IMG/VR virus record: IMGVR_UViG_3300008107_000405
Coordinates: 1 to 27,999 of that record
Strand: one strand, 5' to 3'
Length of the DNA stretch: 27,999 bases
Source of the DNA: a virus
Lineage: Duplodnaviria > Caudoviricetes
In this document: piece by piece, positions 9,001 to 18,992 of the stretch
How the letters are laid out: each line of letters opens with the position of its first letter
How positions within the stretch are numbered: the first letter of the stretch is position 1
The notes under the pieces: model-generated
What the model saw: only the letters and a program-made list of their open reading frames with translations
What the model was told of the DNA's origin: nothing
Databases searched by the model: none
Program-made: the position numbers and the translations under genes

Positions 9001-11218
9001 AAATAGTTCATCTATAGATTCATATTCAAACGAATTTTTATATTATAATTCTTTTCATTTTTTACCTAGCCCAACAAATTTTTTACCATTCCAAACTAAC
9101 TTGACAACATTTTATTCTAAAATTGATGAGTCAAATGTTAATGGTGCGGGTACAGGTGTTGTACTACCTAATCCTGTTTCACCAAACTCAGGATTAGTAA
9201 TAAGTCCTTCTAACGGATTTACAAAAGAATTATATATATTAGGTAATACAAGTCCTAATATATATGTTACCTATCCATCAGGTCCGACACTACCACAATT
9301 TGTATGGAACTGGCCTACCTCAACGAGAGACAGAGGATATTATAGAAATGAAATAGTTGAAGGTGGTTCATTTATAAACGTTAATCCTGGCGATTTATAC
9401 CCTACTTGGTCTTTAATTCCAACAGTATCAGTACCAACATTCCCACCATCAGTATCATCTAATTATTATTGTGAAAAGTATCAATCAACTGACGTAGTTA
9501 ATATTAATTTAGGGTTATCGGGTAGACAAATTGTTATGAGGTCAGATAGATTACCAACATCTACTAGTATAGAAGATTCAGGTTCATCAACACATGTATT
9601 GTTTTCAAATAATAATTTTGGAATTTTTCCTGTCCCTGAAGAAGGATTTAATTTTATTGTAACGACACCAGGACTTGGAGGAATACCTGATGGTGCTACT
9701 TTAGATAACCAACAATCTTTAACTGACTTATCTAATGAGTTACCTTATTTTTCAGGTGAAGGAATTTCAAATTCACCTAGTTGTGGGGCAATAGTTCCTT
9801 TAAGATGTTACGGTACTGATGAAAATGGTATTTTATATGTAAAACCACCAGGTGATTCCTGTTATGAAAACGGTATAAATGGTGAATTAATAATAAAAAA
9901 CGGAAGTTGTTATAGTTTAATTAGCGTACCAATTGTATCACTACTATTAGATTTTGCGTTAATTTACGAATGGGTAAAAAGAGTGAAAACAAATATCATG
10001 GCTTGTCAAGGTGTATTTGGACATATATTTACAAACAATTGGATTAACGGAACACTATTTGCCTTTCCATTTAATAATACGACAAGATACACTACTAATT
10101 TTGAACAATTACCAGGTCAATTACCTCCAAATACTCCTTATTCTTGTTATTGTAAACATAATATATTTTTAAACCCTGATACACAAAATTTTTATTATAG
10201 AAGTTCACCATATAAAACAAATATTGGGTTTATTGGTAGAAGAAATCCTGTACCAGGTGATGATGATTCATCATCATCTTATGGTGGGAATAGTCTTGAC
10301 CTAATGTACCCAACAACTTTAATTGATTTAGGACCTAGAACTTCATATAGTGAAGAATTATCTCTTAATAACGACTATAATGGTTATGTTATGGATAGAT
10401 TATCACCAACAACATTTAAAGATACTACAGAATTATTAAATTTATTTATTCTATCTAGAACTTTTTCTTCAGGTTTCATTTCTACCATTATTCAAACACA
10501 AATTGACCCAGCGATTGTATTCTTCCCAAGAAAGAACAATAAAATTGCGGGAGATTATGCTCAAATGGATGCTATAAATTCACAATTAGGTGTACAAGAA
10601 TATCAAGATGGTGAATATGGGGCATCACAAATATATTTTAGTACTGCATTATTCAGAAATATTTTTGGAATATTTTATAATACTAATTTACAAACTACTG
10701 ATTTAATTTCACCTAAAAGGAATATAATTAATCAATATTCTAATCCGAGTAATTACTGTACTTTTGATGAATTCCCAATAACTTCTCAAGAAGTACCATT
10801 TTATTTATGGAAAATTAGACAACCTGTTGGTTCTGAGATACTTGGAAATTTACTTGGGGGTGATTCTATTTTTGGTTCTTCATTAAGAAATAATTGGGAT
10901 ACATTACCAATTAATGGTCAAACATTCCACACTTTAGAATACCAAGAAGTTGATAGGGTAAATCCACTTCATAGAAATATGCAACCTGTTGATACATCAC
11001 AATCAAGATTTTTCAAAGGTTTTATATCCAATAGTGTAGGTTCCGACCCAGTCACTTTAGCTCCAAGTTATTCTGCCCAACCCCCAACTGCGGGTGGACC
11101 ATCAGATAGAAAAATATTACAAGGTGCCCCTTATTATTTTTACTTTGGATTAAAACCTGGAGCAACAGCATATGATAGATTTCAAATTAAATGGATAAAA
11201 ACTGAAATAATTGAATAA
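6002..11218 (+). CDS. Large putative virion protein (1738 aa) with an N-terminal carboxypeptidase-regulatory-like beta-sandwich and an internal membrane-like hydrophobic region
   Basis: VVVGRVTVNNGLGIPNARISVF...TNESGDYMIFGVPIGTQTIHV resembles CarboxypepD_reg-like domains. A long apolar run FLYTILNFLLSLLLVNLIAIVFVIHILIAIVCLLSYIVWFIKLIVC starts at about 7568. The gene sits in the baseplate cluster. Confidence 0.75.
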   Translation: MSDSYRIRTQVGVDKSVRVQLDQDFESLEILSLKILQSDIYTRQCSDYGVVVGRVTVNNGLGIPNARISVFIPLSDDDSNNPIISSLYPYKSLNELNDDGFRYNLLPYEKQHGGHNPTGTFFNREDVLINPSFIEVYDKYYRYTCQTNESGDYMIFGVPIGTQTIHVDIDLSDIGEFSLSPQDLVRLGFANENQLNGTEFKSSFNFADLPQIVTINRTLEVEPFWGQPEICNLGITRTDFDLQQELGLKIEPTAIFMGSIISNVDEAILKQNCNVKPKLGEKCSLIAGPGQILAIRQTIFSDNLGRPILEEYKLEQGGKCIDENGTWLIDVPMNLEYVTTNEYGERVISLDPKTGVPTKAKYRFKIKWDQPSSFDYIVRRGNFLAPNIKEWGWIDPDNDPSYLDTYDDTLCKQPNLNDYNDSNYRQVKASYAFSLNWDDYAELDTFGNVTSTGQLMIDDAISCRDRFYYMTYNKVYSVSQLLTEYRSQKGNRKYIGIKNITNEDCNGTANKFPSNDGQKEPSFLYTILNFLLSLLLVNLIAIVFVIHILIAIVCLLSYIVWFIKLIVCSLYDFFNWLTNLEIAGFTPFDGGFIGGIAFLLEQGCNALTSAYEFLDDTCKGFTLNLPMYTYPDCEFCDCSPAEIGGEVSPSDVGGGGISTFNENNGNMFTFLSQINLPGSYTCGNTSLNNLISGFENRVPSLQGGPSSYYFTSSLHFSERLNLYNTKAKYFNESTENPGGGWNRVKVSFNVNMNDPETQWHLDNIVVLMINPDSEMDYTTGNLITFQDYKRSTDPNLTGSTVVNSFNNNAITGTPTGFITGPEGSEYYQEPITVSYANPDGSGNLSQLYLITGATDDANYCKFPIDLEYFQIIHSSSVSDFIADSNPSELNTLTNRFLNNYSLVTQIDGSGSVFSNESQTTINNSCFNNFGNQILVFLVRGVDPNSTRTTCQFDVSRLYGYDVDFNTTWNPLYTISGQFKLNIPIQGSYRCVRHNDPSIIANSSSIDSYSNEFLYYNSFHFLPSPTNFLPFQTNLTTFYSKIDESNVNGAGTGVVLPNPVSPNSGLVISPSNGFTKELYILGNTSPNIYVTYPSGPTLPQFVWNWPTSTRDRGYYRNEIVEGGSFINVNPGDLYPTWSLIPTVSVPTFPPSVSSNYYCEKYQSTDVVNINLGLSGRQIVMRSDRLPTSTSIEDSGSSTHVLFSNNNFGIFPVPEEGFNFIVTTPGLGGIPDGATLDNQQSLTDLSNELPYFSGEGISNSPSCGAIVPLRCYGTDENGILYVKPPGDSCYENGINGELIIKNGSCYSLISVPIVSLLLDFALIYEWVKRVKTNIMACQGVFGHIFTNNWINGTLFAFPFNNTTRYTTNFEQLPGQLPPNTPYSCYCKHNIFLNPDTQNFYYRSSPYKTNIGFIGRRNPVPGDDDSSSSYGGNSLDLMYPTTLIDLGPRTSYSEELSLNNDYNGYVMDRLSPTTFKDTTELLNLFILSRTFSSGFISTIIQTQIDPAIVFFPRKNNKIAGDYAQMDAINSQLGVQEYQDGEYGASQIYFSTALFRNIFGIFYNTNLQTTDLISPKRNIINQYSNPSNYCTFDEFPITSQEVPFYLWKIRQPVGSEILGNLLGGDSIFGSSLRNNWDTLPINGQTFHTLEYQEVDRVNPLHRNMQPVDTSQSRFFKGFISNSVGSDPVTLAPSYSAQPPTAGGPSDRKILQGAPYYFYFGLKPGATAYDRFQIKWIKTEIIE

Positions 11219-13038
11219 TGAGTAGAATTTTTGATGATAGAGTTGTTTTAGGTTCTTTAAGATTTAAATCAGCACCAAATACTGATTTATTATTTAAGAT
11301 ACCTTTTATACAAAGTAGTAAAATATTAACAGAATATGACAGAAGTGAAAGTATTAGTTTAAGTCAAGTTTTTGATGATGAAAGACAAAGGTCAACATTA
11401 TTTAGACCCACATCAAAATTCCAAATTTTATTTAATAATACTTACACTGGGTCAACAAATTATCTACCATTTAAAAATGAATTATATTATACCAATGCTA
11501 AACAGGCGGCCGCTTTAACTTGTGTTAACCCTCAAAATACTATATGGCAAGGATTTCCACAGTACCATGAGTTTGATTTTATTAGAAATGATATATTTGA
11601 GTCAGGTTATACACAATATGATACAACTTATACACCTCCTCTTATTCACAATTTATTTGTTCCAAAAAGTGCATCAACATATAATTGGAATCATTTTTTG
11701 AGTTATGCTTTTGAAAATGATTATAATAAACAACTACAGACTTTATATAAAGTGGATAGTAATCCTGTTGTGACATTATCTTGGATTGTTTCTGATGGTA
11801 TACCATTTGTGATTAGTAACACTCAAATGAATGGGATGAATGTTGTTTCATTTATATGTCCTATGAAACATAATGTTTTAGTTGGGGAATATATAAAATT
11901 GAGTTTTGATTATTTAGGTCAGGATACTTTCCAAGTTGATTCATTAGGTAATGGTTCAATAGGAAGTGAAAATTATATAATTAATATTTTAAATCCTGGG
12001 TTTCTTGGATTTATTTTTAATAACAATCAGACCGGAACTTTAAAAAGAATTGTAAACCTTAATAATCAATCCGAGACAACATCGAAATATTATATTAGAC
12101 GACACAAAATATTAACTAATTATGATGATTCGTTAATATCTTATGCTGGTTTTGAAGAAAATGTTTTTGGTGTGAATAAGCAATACGAAAGGTCTAGTTT
12201 AACACCAAATGGTCGAGCAAGAATTTCCACTAAAAATGGTGATAAATCTTATACTTTAAGTTTTAATAAAGATATTGATATTTTAGGTTTAATTGATAAC
12301 CAAAAAAGACCTGTTTCTGAATTATTTTACACGACACTTTGGATTGGATATTTTGGATGGACTTTAGGAGAACCAAACCAACAAGGTGGATTTTATAGGA
12401 TGAGACAAGGTTGGGAATTTAATATACCATTACATCCTGTGACAGAACTTCCATCATCTTGGTGGTCATATGCTAATAGTAATTCTGACTCAGGAATTGA
12501 TAATAGTTTTTATAATGTACCGTCACCATATGGTAATAATAATGGTCAACCATTTAATTTTGTTTATAATCAAACATTACAAACAGGTGATATTATTGAT
12601 GGAGCTATTTGTGAATGGAATGATTTTCTTCAAGAAGAAACTGTTTTAAATGAATTATATCACAAAATAACATTTAATAGATATAATTTTAACATTGGAA
12701 TGACTAGTTCATTATCCTTAAACCAATTTGGATATTTTTATAAACCATTTGAGGGTGTTAAGATTAGAGCATTTTCAGATTCAATAGAACAAGCACCACC
12801 AAGTAACGATTATATTGTACCTGACCACTCTCAGTTTTCAGTAAATCGTAATGTTTTTGTATGGAAAGATATATATACATATGGATTCATTGATAATAAT
12901 GGTATTGGTGTTGATTTTCCTTTTTTAAATAATAAACATCACCCTTATAAAAATATTATTTTTAGAATCATACCTGAAGGTACAAACTACAGAGAGTTTA
13001 CTACCATAATTGACCCAATAACAGATAACTGTGAGTAA
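11218..13038 (+). CDS. Hypothetical putative structural protein (606 aa)
   Basis: Long ORF with a TAATG overlap with the upstream gene. Aromatic/Asn-rich, beta-like composition. No family recognised. Confidence 0.8.
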   Translation: MSRIFDDRVVLGSLRFKSAPNTDLLFKIPFIQSSKILTEYDRSESISLSQVFDDERQRSTLFRPTSKFQILFNNTYTGSTNYLPFKNELYYTNAKQAAALTCVNPQNTIWQGFPQYHEFDFIRNDIFESGYTQYDTTYTPPLIHNLFVPKSASTYNWNHFLSYAFENDYNKQLQTLYKVDSNPVVTLSWIVSDGIPFVISNTQMNGMNVVSFICPMKHNVLVGEYIKLSFDYLGQDTFQVDSLGNGSIGSENYIINILNPGFLGFIFNNNQTGTLKRIVNLNNQSETTSKYYIRRHKILTNYDDSLISYAGFEENVFGVNKQYERSSLTPNGRARISTKNGDKSYTLSFNKDIDILGLIDNQKRPVSELFYTTLWIGYFGWTLGEPNQQGGFYRMRQGWEFNIPLHPVTELPSSWWSYANSNSDSGIDNSFYNVPSPYGNNNGQPFNFVYNQTLQTGDIIDGAICEWNDFLQEETVLNELYHKITFNRYNFNIGMTSSLSLNQFGYFYKPFEGVKIRAFSDSIEQAPPSNDYIVPDHSQFSVNRNVFVWKDIYTYGFIDNNGIGVDFPFLNNKHHPYKNIIFRIIPEGTNYREFTTIIDPITDNCE

Positions 13039-13852
13039 TAAGTATAAATTTACAATACCAATTTCAACCGATAAATATATTAATATACCGGTTGAAATTA
13101 AATGGGATTTTCATGGTCAAGATGATAGTATTGAAGAATTTAAAGAAAATTTAATTGGTGATATTATTGGTAATCCAAAAGATTATGAGACTCTAAGATT
13201 TTCACATAACTCATATGGAGAAAATTCATTTACAAAATTACAATATAATTTTTTCTTTTATAATTCTACGTCTAGTGATATACCAACATCAAACATTTTA
13301 AACTGGACTCAAAATTACGAAAATGCGGGAATTCCATATAAAGACGTATATTATAAAACGAGACCCTTTAAAAAATCTTTTTTCAAAATAGATTTTTACG
13401 ATACAAAAGAACCAAATACACAAAAAAATTATTTTACAATTATTTTACCTGTTACTAACAGTGAATTTATGGAAGAATTTATTCCAAGTATAAACTCATT
13501 GGGTAATGTGAAAATTAATTTCCCTCAATTTAATTTGGATTATGTTGGGTATAATGAAGGATTTTTTATTTATTGGTTAAAAGATTTTGATTTATTTAAG
13601 CTGAAAACATTTTATATGACTGCTAAATTTTTTGATGCTAAAAATGGTGTTTTTATAAAAATGATGACAGTTCCACAAGCAACTTTACCTGGTGATAGAT
13701 TTTCATTTAATCCATCTGATTATTTTTATTATAAAGTGGATTTAAATTATACTAATAAAACATATGAAATTTATGATGTTGTTTCATTAAATAGGGTAGG
13801 TACCGATACTTCACCTATAAACTGGTTTGAATATGTTAACCCACCTGCGTAA
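13031..13852 (+). CDS. Hypothetical putative structural protein (273 aa, GTG start)
   Basis: 8-nt overlap with the upstream gene (GTGAGTAA) and a TAATG overlap downstream. No family recognised. Confidence 0.75.
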   Translation: MSNKYKFTIPISTDKYINIPVEIKWDFHGQDDSIEEFKENLIGDIIGNPKDYETLRFSHNSYGENSFTKLQYNFFFYNSTSSDIPTSNILNWTQNYENAGIPYKDVYYKTRPFKKSFFKIDFYDTKEPNTQKNYFTIILPVTNSEFMEEFIPSINSLGNVKINFPQFNLDYVGYNEGFFIYWLKDFDLFKLKTFYMTAKFFDAKNGVFIKMMTVPQATLPGDRFSFNPSDYFYYKVDLNYTNKTYEIYDVVSLNRVGTDTSPINWFEYVNPPA

Positions 13853-15024
13853 TGGAAGATAGATTATTTAAAATAAGAATTTCACCTGAAAATATTAAGG
13901 GTGATTTAGTTCCTTTAAGATATATTCTAAATGAATATTCTGAAGTACTTCCATTTGACCCATGTTGTCAAATAACTGGTGATACTGTAACAGGTATAAC
14001 TACAGGAATCACTTTTACATATACCTCTATGACGGAATTATTGTCGGGAGGTACTGAAGGTAAATCACTTTTAAATTTAACAATCCCAATTTTTTTAAGT
14101 GAAAATATTGTTGATATTGGTTATTATAATGTATTTGATGGACTTGTGTCTCAAAAAGACACTTTATTGAATTTTTTATTTAGTGCTGATACTATAAATC
14201 CATATAGGTATTACTTTTTTAATACTTCAGATATCGAATTTAAAAAATTTCTTGAGTTTTGTGATTATCAAATTAGTTGGGGTGATGGTACACCAATTCA
14301 AACAGTAACATCAGTTTCACCAAATTATTATTATCATGATTATGTTCAAGATGGTGAATATGAAATTGTAATGTCAGGTATGAGTCCTTGGGGGTCTAAT
14401 ATTATTAAAAAAACAGTATATGTTCCGTTCGATAATGTTACAATTACCAACCCAAGTGGTGAAGTGTTTTTTATACCAAGTGGAGGTAATTGGTCTGCGA
14501 CTCCAATATCTTATGATTACATTTTTTCAGGTGATTCATACTGTGAAAATAATTCACCATGTTGTGATTTTACAACAGTTCCGTTTTTAGTTACAGGATA
14601 TACGTTCTCAAGAGCGAATGATTTAGAAGTATATGGTAAAAAAGTGGATTTAGTGTTAGGTAAGTTTAAACCTGGTGTAACAGTTACAGGACCTAATGGT
14701 TCTGAAGGTATTTGGTGGGGTTCATCTCCTGATGGATTGTATACTGCCTATACAATAAATAATATTAATTACTATGATTATGTGGATGGCTCAACGGTAT
14801 TTGTTGTTGAATCGTCAGGTTGTACAAGTGATTTGATATGTTCAGCTATTACAAAAAATGAGGTTTTAATGAATGTTATCTCAGAAATTGAAGTACAATC
14901 AAATGTTTTTGCAGAAAGAGGTAAAAATACGGCTTTAGAATATATCCAAAGATTAGGTGAAGTGAGGAATATGGGACAACTTGATAGCTATGGTTATGGA
15001 TTTTTTAATGTTATAAAAATATAA
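13852..15024 (+). CDS. Putative structural protein with a PKD-like Ig domain (390 aa)
   Basis: YQISWGDGTP...YHDYVQDGEYEIVM matches the PKD W-G-D-G...H-x-Y-xx-G-x-Y pattern. Confidence 0.7.
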   Translation: MEDRLFKIRISPENIKGDLVPLRYILNEYSEVLPFDPCCQITGDTVTGITTGITFTYTSMTELLSGGTEGKSLLNLTIPIFLSENIVDIGYYNVFDGLVSQKDTLLNFLFSADTINPYRYYFFNTSDIEFKKFLEFCDYQISWGDGTPIQTVTSVSPNYYYHDYVQDGEYEIVMSGMSPWGSNIIKKTVYVPFDNVTITNPSGEVFFIPSGGNWSATPISYDYIFSGDSYCENNSPCCDFTTVPFLVTGYTFSRANDLEVYGKKVDLVLGKFKPGVTVTGPNGSEGIWWGSSPDGLYTAYTINNINYYDYVDGSTVFVVESSGCTSDLICSAITKNEVLMNVISEIEVQSNVFAERGKNTALEYIQRLGEVRNMGQLDSYGYGFFNVIKI

Positions 15025-15030
15025 ATTCAA

Positions 15031-15042
15031 TATTTATAAATA
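15031..15042 (+). promoter_or_regulatory. TATTTATAAATA element: TATTTAT overlapping a T4-late-like TATAAATA (perfect 12-bp palindrome)
   Basis: In the 39-nt gap before ATG 15064. tatttataaata is its own reverse complement. Confidence 0.5.
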
Positions 15043-15063
15043 CGAAAGTAAAATTATTTTAAA

Positions 15064-15972
15064 ATGGCAACAGGCACATATGGTACAATAAGACCGTCAG
15101 ACGTTTCACCCGAAGATGTTGATATAATAATGTTATATACTCCATCAAGAGATGAAACTGATAATTTTGTTTTAACAAAATTAAATTCAGTTTCTTTATT
15201 GAAACCATACTTTAACAATGCTCAAACAGGTGGAAATACAGATGTTGAAGTTTTAGGTGGTTTATATAATTTAAAATTGCCATCTGACCAATTTAATAAA
15301 CTTGGGATTTATACACTTTATTTGAGACCTACTGAAATAAGAACTACAATTTTAGATTGTGGTGTTTTGTCGGCATTACCAAATGTTAGAGGTTTGGTTA
15401 TTGATTTAAATGCTGTACCAGCAGAATTCAGAAATAGATTTATAAATCAAGGATTAATTGGTTATAGAATTGAATATCTAAATGATAATGGTACAAAAAT
15501 ACCAAATTTTTTCAGGATAATAACATCATGTTTTTATTGTGAACCTGTTGTACAAAATTTAACAAATACTACAGCGAAGGCGGTTAGATATAGGTATACT
15601 GATAATAATACAAATCTAATTTTTTGTACTCTAACCCCATCAACTGCACCGACTAATAAACCAAATGCTATTCCATATATTGGACAACCAAATCAAAATA
15701 TTGTAATTACGAATACTTTTTTCAACCCAATTACAATTGATATTGAAATTGCTGACCAAGACTTCTCAACTTTAGCAATTGCTCTTTATGGTAATCAAAC
15801 TAAGTCTATGGATGATGGAATTTATACAATTTATGATTCTAATAACAACATTTATAAACAATATAACTTGTATGAAATCAGAGACCAATTTAATAACTTG
15901 TTATATGAAGTGAGACAGGATAGAGGTAATAACATTGACTTTAGTAAAAACTTTACAAATATAACTCAATAA
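15064..15972 (+). CDS. Hypothetical putative baseplate-region protein (302 aa)
   Basis: Clean ORF, TAATG-coupled to the gp7/gpI-like gene. No family recognised. Confidence 0.8.
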   Translation: MATGTYGTIRPSDVSPEDVDIIMLYTPSRDETDNFVLTKLNSVSLLKPYFNNAQTGGNTDVEVLGGLYNLKLPSDQFNKLGIYTLYLRPTEIRTTILDCGVLSALPNVRGLVIDLNAVPAEFRNRFINQGLIGYRIEYLNDNGTKIPNFFRIITSCFYCEPVVQNLTNTTAKAVRYRYTDNNTNLIFCTLTPSTAPTNKPNAIPYIGQPNQNIVITNTFFNPITIDIEIADQDFSTLAIALYGNQTKSMDDGIYTIYDSNNNIYKQYNLYEIRDQFNNLLYEVRQDRGNNIDFSKNFTNITQ

Positions 15973-18900
15973 TGGCTGTTAATAAATTTCTTTGCCCCCC
16001 GATTGCAGCAACTGGAAGTGGTTCATTTTCAGATGATTTAGTTGGTTTTCAATTAGTTCAAGGTGGGGGACTTACTCAAGGTAATTTTGAATTTACCGTT
16101 GGTGTTACGGAAAAAACCAATCGAGAGTTTTATACTGGTACTTTTTCAGACCCAATAAATTTAACATCTATGGGTGTTGAGAGTGTTGCTCAATCTAAAG
16201 TAATATTTGAAAATAACTTTAAAGTATATCCAAATTATGATTTAAGTGAGGTAACTAATTTCACTTTATATGGTTCAATGACGAAGAGAATATCTACGTC
16301 TGTTACAACTATTATAAATTATTTTCCAGCGGCATTGGAAATGCAGTTTATTGGTATTAATTATACCACAGGAACAACAGCGTCTAACGTTGTATTTGAT
16401 TCAATTGAAAATACTACAAAATTTGATTTAGATTTATCAAGAATTAGAAACCCATTCGGTATTGATTTTACGGTAAATTCAACAAGGAATTTATCACTTA
16501 AAGAAGTTCAAGTTTCACCTCTAAGAGATATGACTATAGAATATAAAAAATATTCTTTATTCTATTTGGGTAATGAATTTCCTTTAATTTTATTATTACC
16601 TACAACATCTCTAACATCTGGTTTATTAACAATATATGTTGAGGGAAATCCATTTTCAGGTGAAACTCAAATATATAATGATATTGTAGTTAGACCTAAT
16701 GATTATGAGGTTAATAAAGTTTTTAATGAAAGTTTGGATGACGTTGAAAATTTTATTTTAAATAGAAACTCTGTTCCTAAATACACTGCTCAATTTAAAA
16801 TACCTCAAATGAGTGATGGTGGACAATATTCGGTAACAAGTACATTTATCACATGGCCTTTATCAGGAAAATGGAACTTAGATATTGTTTCAAGTACATT
16901 TACGACATACTTAACAAAATTAAATGCGGTAAGTGAAGATTTTGATTCTTATCGTACAAATTTAATTGCTAGATTTTTAACCACTGATGCGTTTAAAGAG
17001 TTTGATACTGTGGGTCAAAAAATGCAAAAAGTTTTACAAATTTATGGTAGAAGTTTTGATGAAATAAATAAATTCATTAATGCTTTGGCGTTTATGAATT
17101 CTGTTCATTATAATACAGGAAATGATATACCATCACAACTATTAAAAAATTTAGCTCAGACTTTAGGATGGAATACTTCAATTTCACCAATTAGTAATGA
17201 TAACTTTTTAAATTCTGTATTTGGAAGTACTGATAGTGGAGTCTCTCATTTTTCAGGTTTACCTACACAACAAACACCTGACGAATTAAATTATCAATTC
17301 TATAAGAATTTAATTTTAAATTCGGCATTTCTTTTCAAATCAAAAGGAACAAGAAAATCAATTGAAGTTTTATTAAGATTAATTGGGGCACCTGATGCAC
17401 TTGTTGAATTTAATGAATACGTTTATTTGGCTGACCAAAGAATTAATATGAGTAGTTTTGAAACACAATACGCTCAAATTTCGGGAGGTACTTACTCACA
17501 AGAAATACCTATATTGAATCCTGCGGATGTTTTCACAATTTTTGGGGTTTCTTATACTGGAACGACAACAACTACATCCTATGAAGATGTTAATTTTATA
17601 ATTTCGGAATATCCTATAGATAATGAAGGATATCCATCAGTACCTGAACCAAGTCAGAGTTATTATTTCCAAATAGGTGCGGGATGGTTTGAATCCACAC
17701 CAAAACACAGGTCACCTGAACAAATAAATTTAACTAATGCTGTCTTTACAGGTTCAAATCCAAATTATCAAACAAGTTTGATACCATTTTCTTATGGTCA
17801 AATTTATTTAAATAGATTTAGATATTTCCCTTATACGAAATTAGGTTTTAATTTAAGAGAAACCATAGATAATAATAAAAGTTGGACTAACAACGAAATA
17901 GGCCTTAGAACAAATTTCGATGCTGGATATAACTCAAGATATTTTACTGATGATGACCGTTTAGTTTTAAATGTTAAAAACACTGAAATATTTTTAAATC
18001 CCGCACAAGGATTGGCTTATGACGTTTGGTATATGTCAAGACAGTACAATTACCCAATTCCAAATCAAGGATTGAGATATGTGCCACCAACACCATGTAA
18101 TCCAAGCCCTGTATCTAATTATCCTATCAGAGGAGGTGTTGATTGGACAGAGATTAATCCTAAACCTGGAAGAAAAACATTTTTTGAGTTTGCTCAAACT
18201 TTTTGGTTGAATATGATTAATGTTAGGAATAGACAACATATTAGTGATGGTAAGACAGGTGGTTATCCGACATTACAGTCAATATATTGGAAATACCTTC
18301 AATCGGAAGAAAATATTGGTATTGCTAATGATAACTTTACATATCAAACAATGATTCAGTATGTTGAAGGATTAGGTGACTATTGGGTTCGTTTAATTGA
18401 ACAATTAGTTCCGGCAACAACAATTTGGAATACTGGTTTAAAATACGAAAACTCAATTTTCCACAGACAAAAATTTGTATATCGAAGACAAAGTGGTTGT
18501 CAGTTAATACCTATTCCTTGTAATCCATGTTCACTTACTACTAATATTTTCAGTTATGATTGTCCTGTTGAGTCTGTTGAGTGTTCTAAATACCCTTGGA
18601 TGGTTAGTACGACAATACAAGATTTTACAGGTGTTTTAGGTGTTCTATTAAATAACTATTTGACGGCAAATGGATATATTTTAAATGATTGTGTTGTTGA
18701 TAGTTTAAATACTGAATGGTTTGTTGATTTAAGATTTAATGACGTACCTGTGGTTACAGAAAGTTTCTTTAATGGTATTGGTTATAATACACCAGGGTTG
18801 AGTAGTCCTACAAATACAGATTGGGAAAATGGTTTAGTAAATGCTTTGGATAGTTTATCTTCACTTGGTTATGATTATTATTTAACAAGTGAAGATACCA

Positions 18901-18992
18901 TAATTATATATGGTACCGTGTGTGGTTTGGATTTAAATGATTTAAATTTCAAACTTAACTTAGGAATAAATTTTAATATTTTGTGTAATTAA
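15972..18992 (+). CDS. Baseplate wedge protein with a P2 gpI / T4 gp7-like core (1006 aa)
   Basis: NDIPSQLLKNLAQTLGW...YKNLILNSAFLFKSKGTRKSIEVLLRLIG (about 17121-17387) resembles the 'P..LL..LA...GW ... KGT..AI..LL...G' signature of gpI-type wedge proteins. Confidence 0.7.
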   Translation: MAVNKFLCPPIAATGSGSFSDDLVGFQLVQGGGLTQGNFEFTVGVTEKTNREFYTGTFSDPINLTSMGVESVAQSKVIFENNFKVYPNYDLSEVTNFTLYGSMTKRISTSVTTIINYFPAALEMQFIGINYTTGTTASNVVFDSIENTTKFDLDLSRIRNPFGIDFTVNSTRNLSLKEVQVSPLRDMTIEYKKYSLFYLGNEFPLILLLPTTSLTSGLLTIYVEGNPFSGETQIYNDIVVRPNDYEVNKVFNESLDDVENFILNRNSVPKYTAQFKIPQMSDGGQYSVTSTFITWPLSGKWNLDIVSSTFTTYLTKLNAVSEDFDSYRTNLIARFLTTDAFKEFDTVGQKMQKVLQIYGRSFDEINKFINALAFMNSVHYNTGNDIPSQLLKNLAQTLGWNTSISPISNDNFLNSVFGSTDSGVSHFSGLPTQQTPDELNYQFYKNLILNSAFLFKSKGTRKSIEVLLRLIGAPDALVEFNEYVYLADQRINMSSFETQYAQISGGTYSQEIPILNPADVFTIFGVSYTGTTTTTSYEDVNFIISEYPIDNEGYPSVPEPSQSYYFQIGAGWFESTPKHRSPEQINLTNAVFTGSNPNYQTSLIPFSYGQIYLNRFRYFPYTKLGFNLRETIDNNKSWTNNEIGLRTNFDAGYNSRYFTDDDRLVLNVKNTEIFLNPAQGLAYDVWYMSRQYNYPIPNQGLRYVPPTPCNPSPVSNYPIRGGVDWTEINPKPGRKTFFEFAQTFWLNMINVRNRQHISDGKTGGYPTLQSIYWKYLQSEENIGIANDNFTYQTMIQYVEGLGDYWVRLIEQLVPATTIWNTGLKYENSIFHRQKFVYRRQSGCQLIPIPCNPCSLTTNIFSYDCPVESVECSKYPWMVSTTIQDFTGVLGVLLNNYLTANGYILNDCVVDSLNTEWFVDLRFNDVPVVTESFFNGIGYNTPGLSSPTNTDWENGLVNALDSLSSLGYDYYLTSEDTIIIYGTVCGLDLNDLNFKLNLGINFNILCN

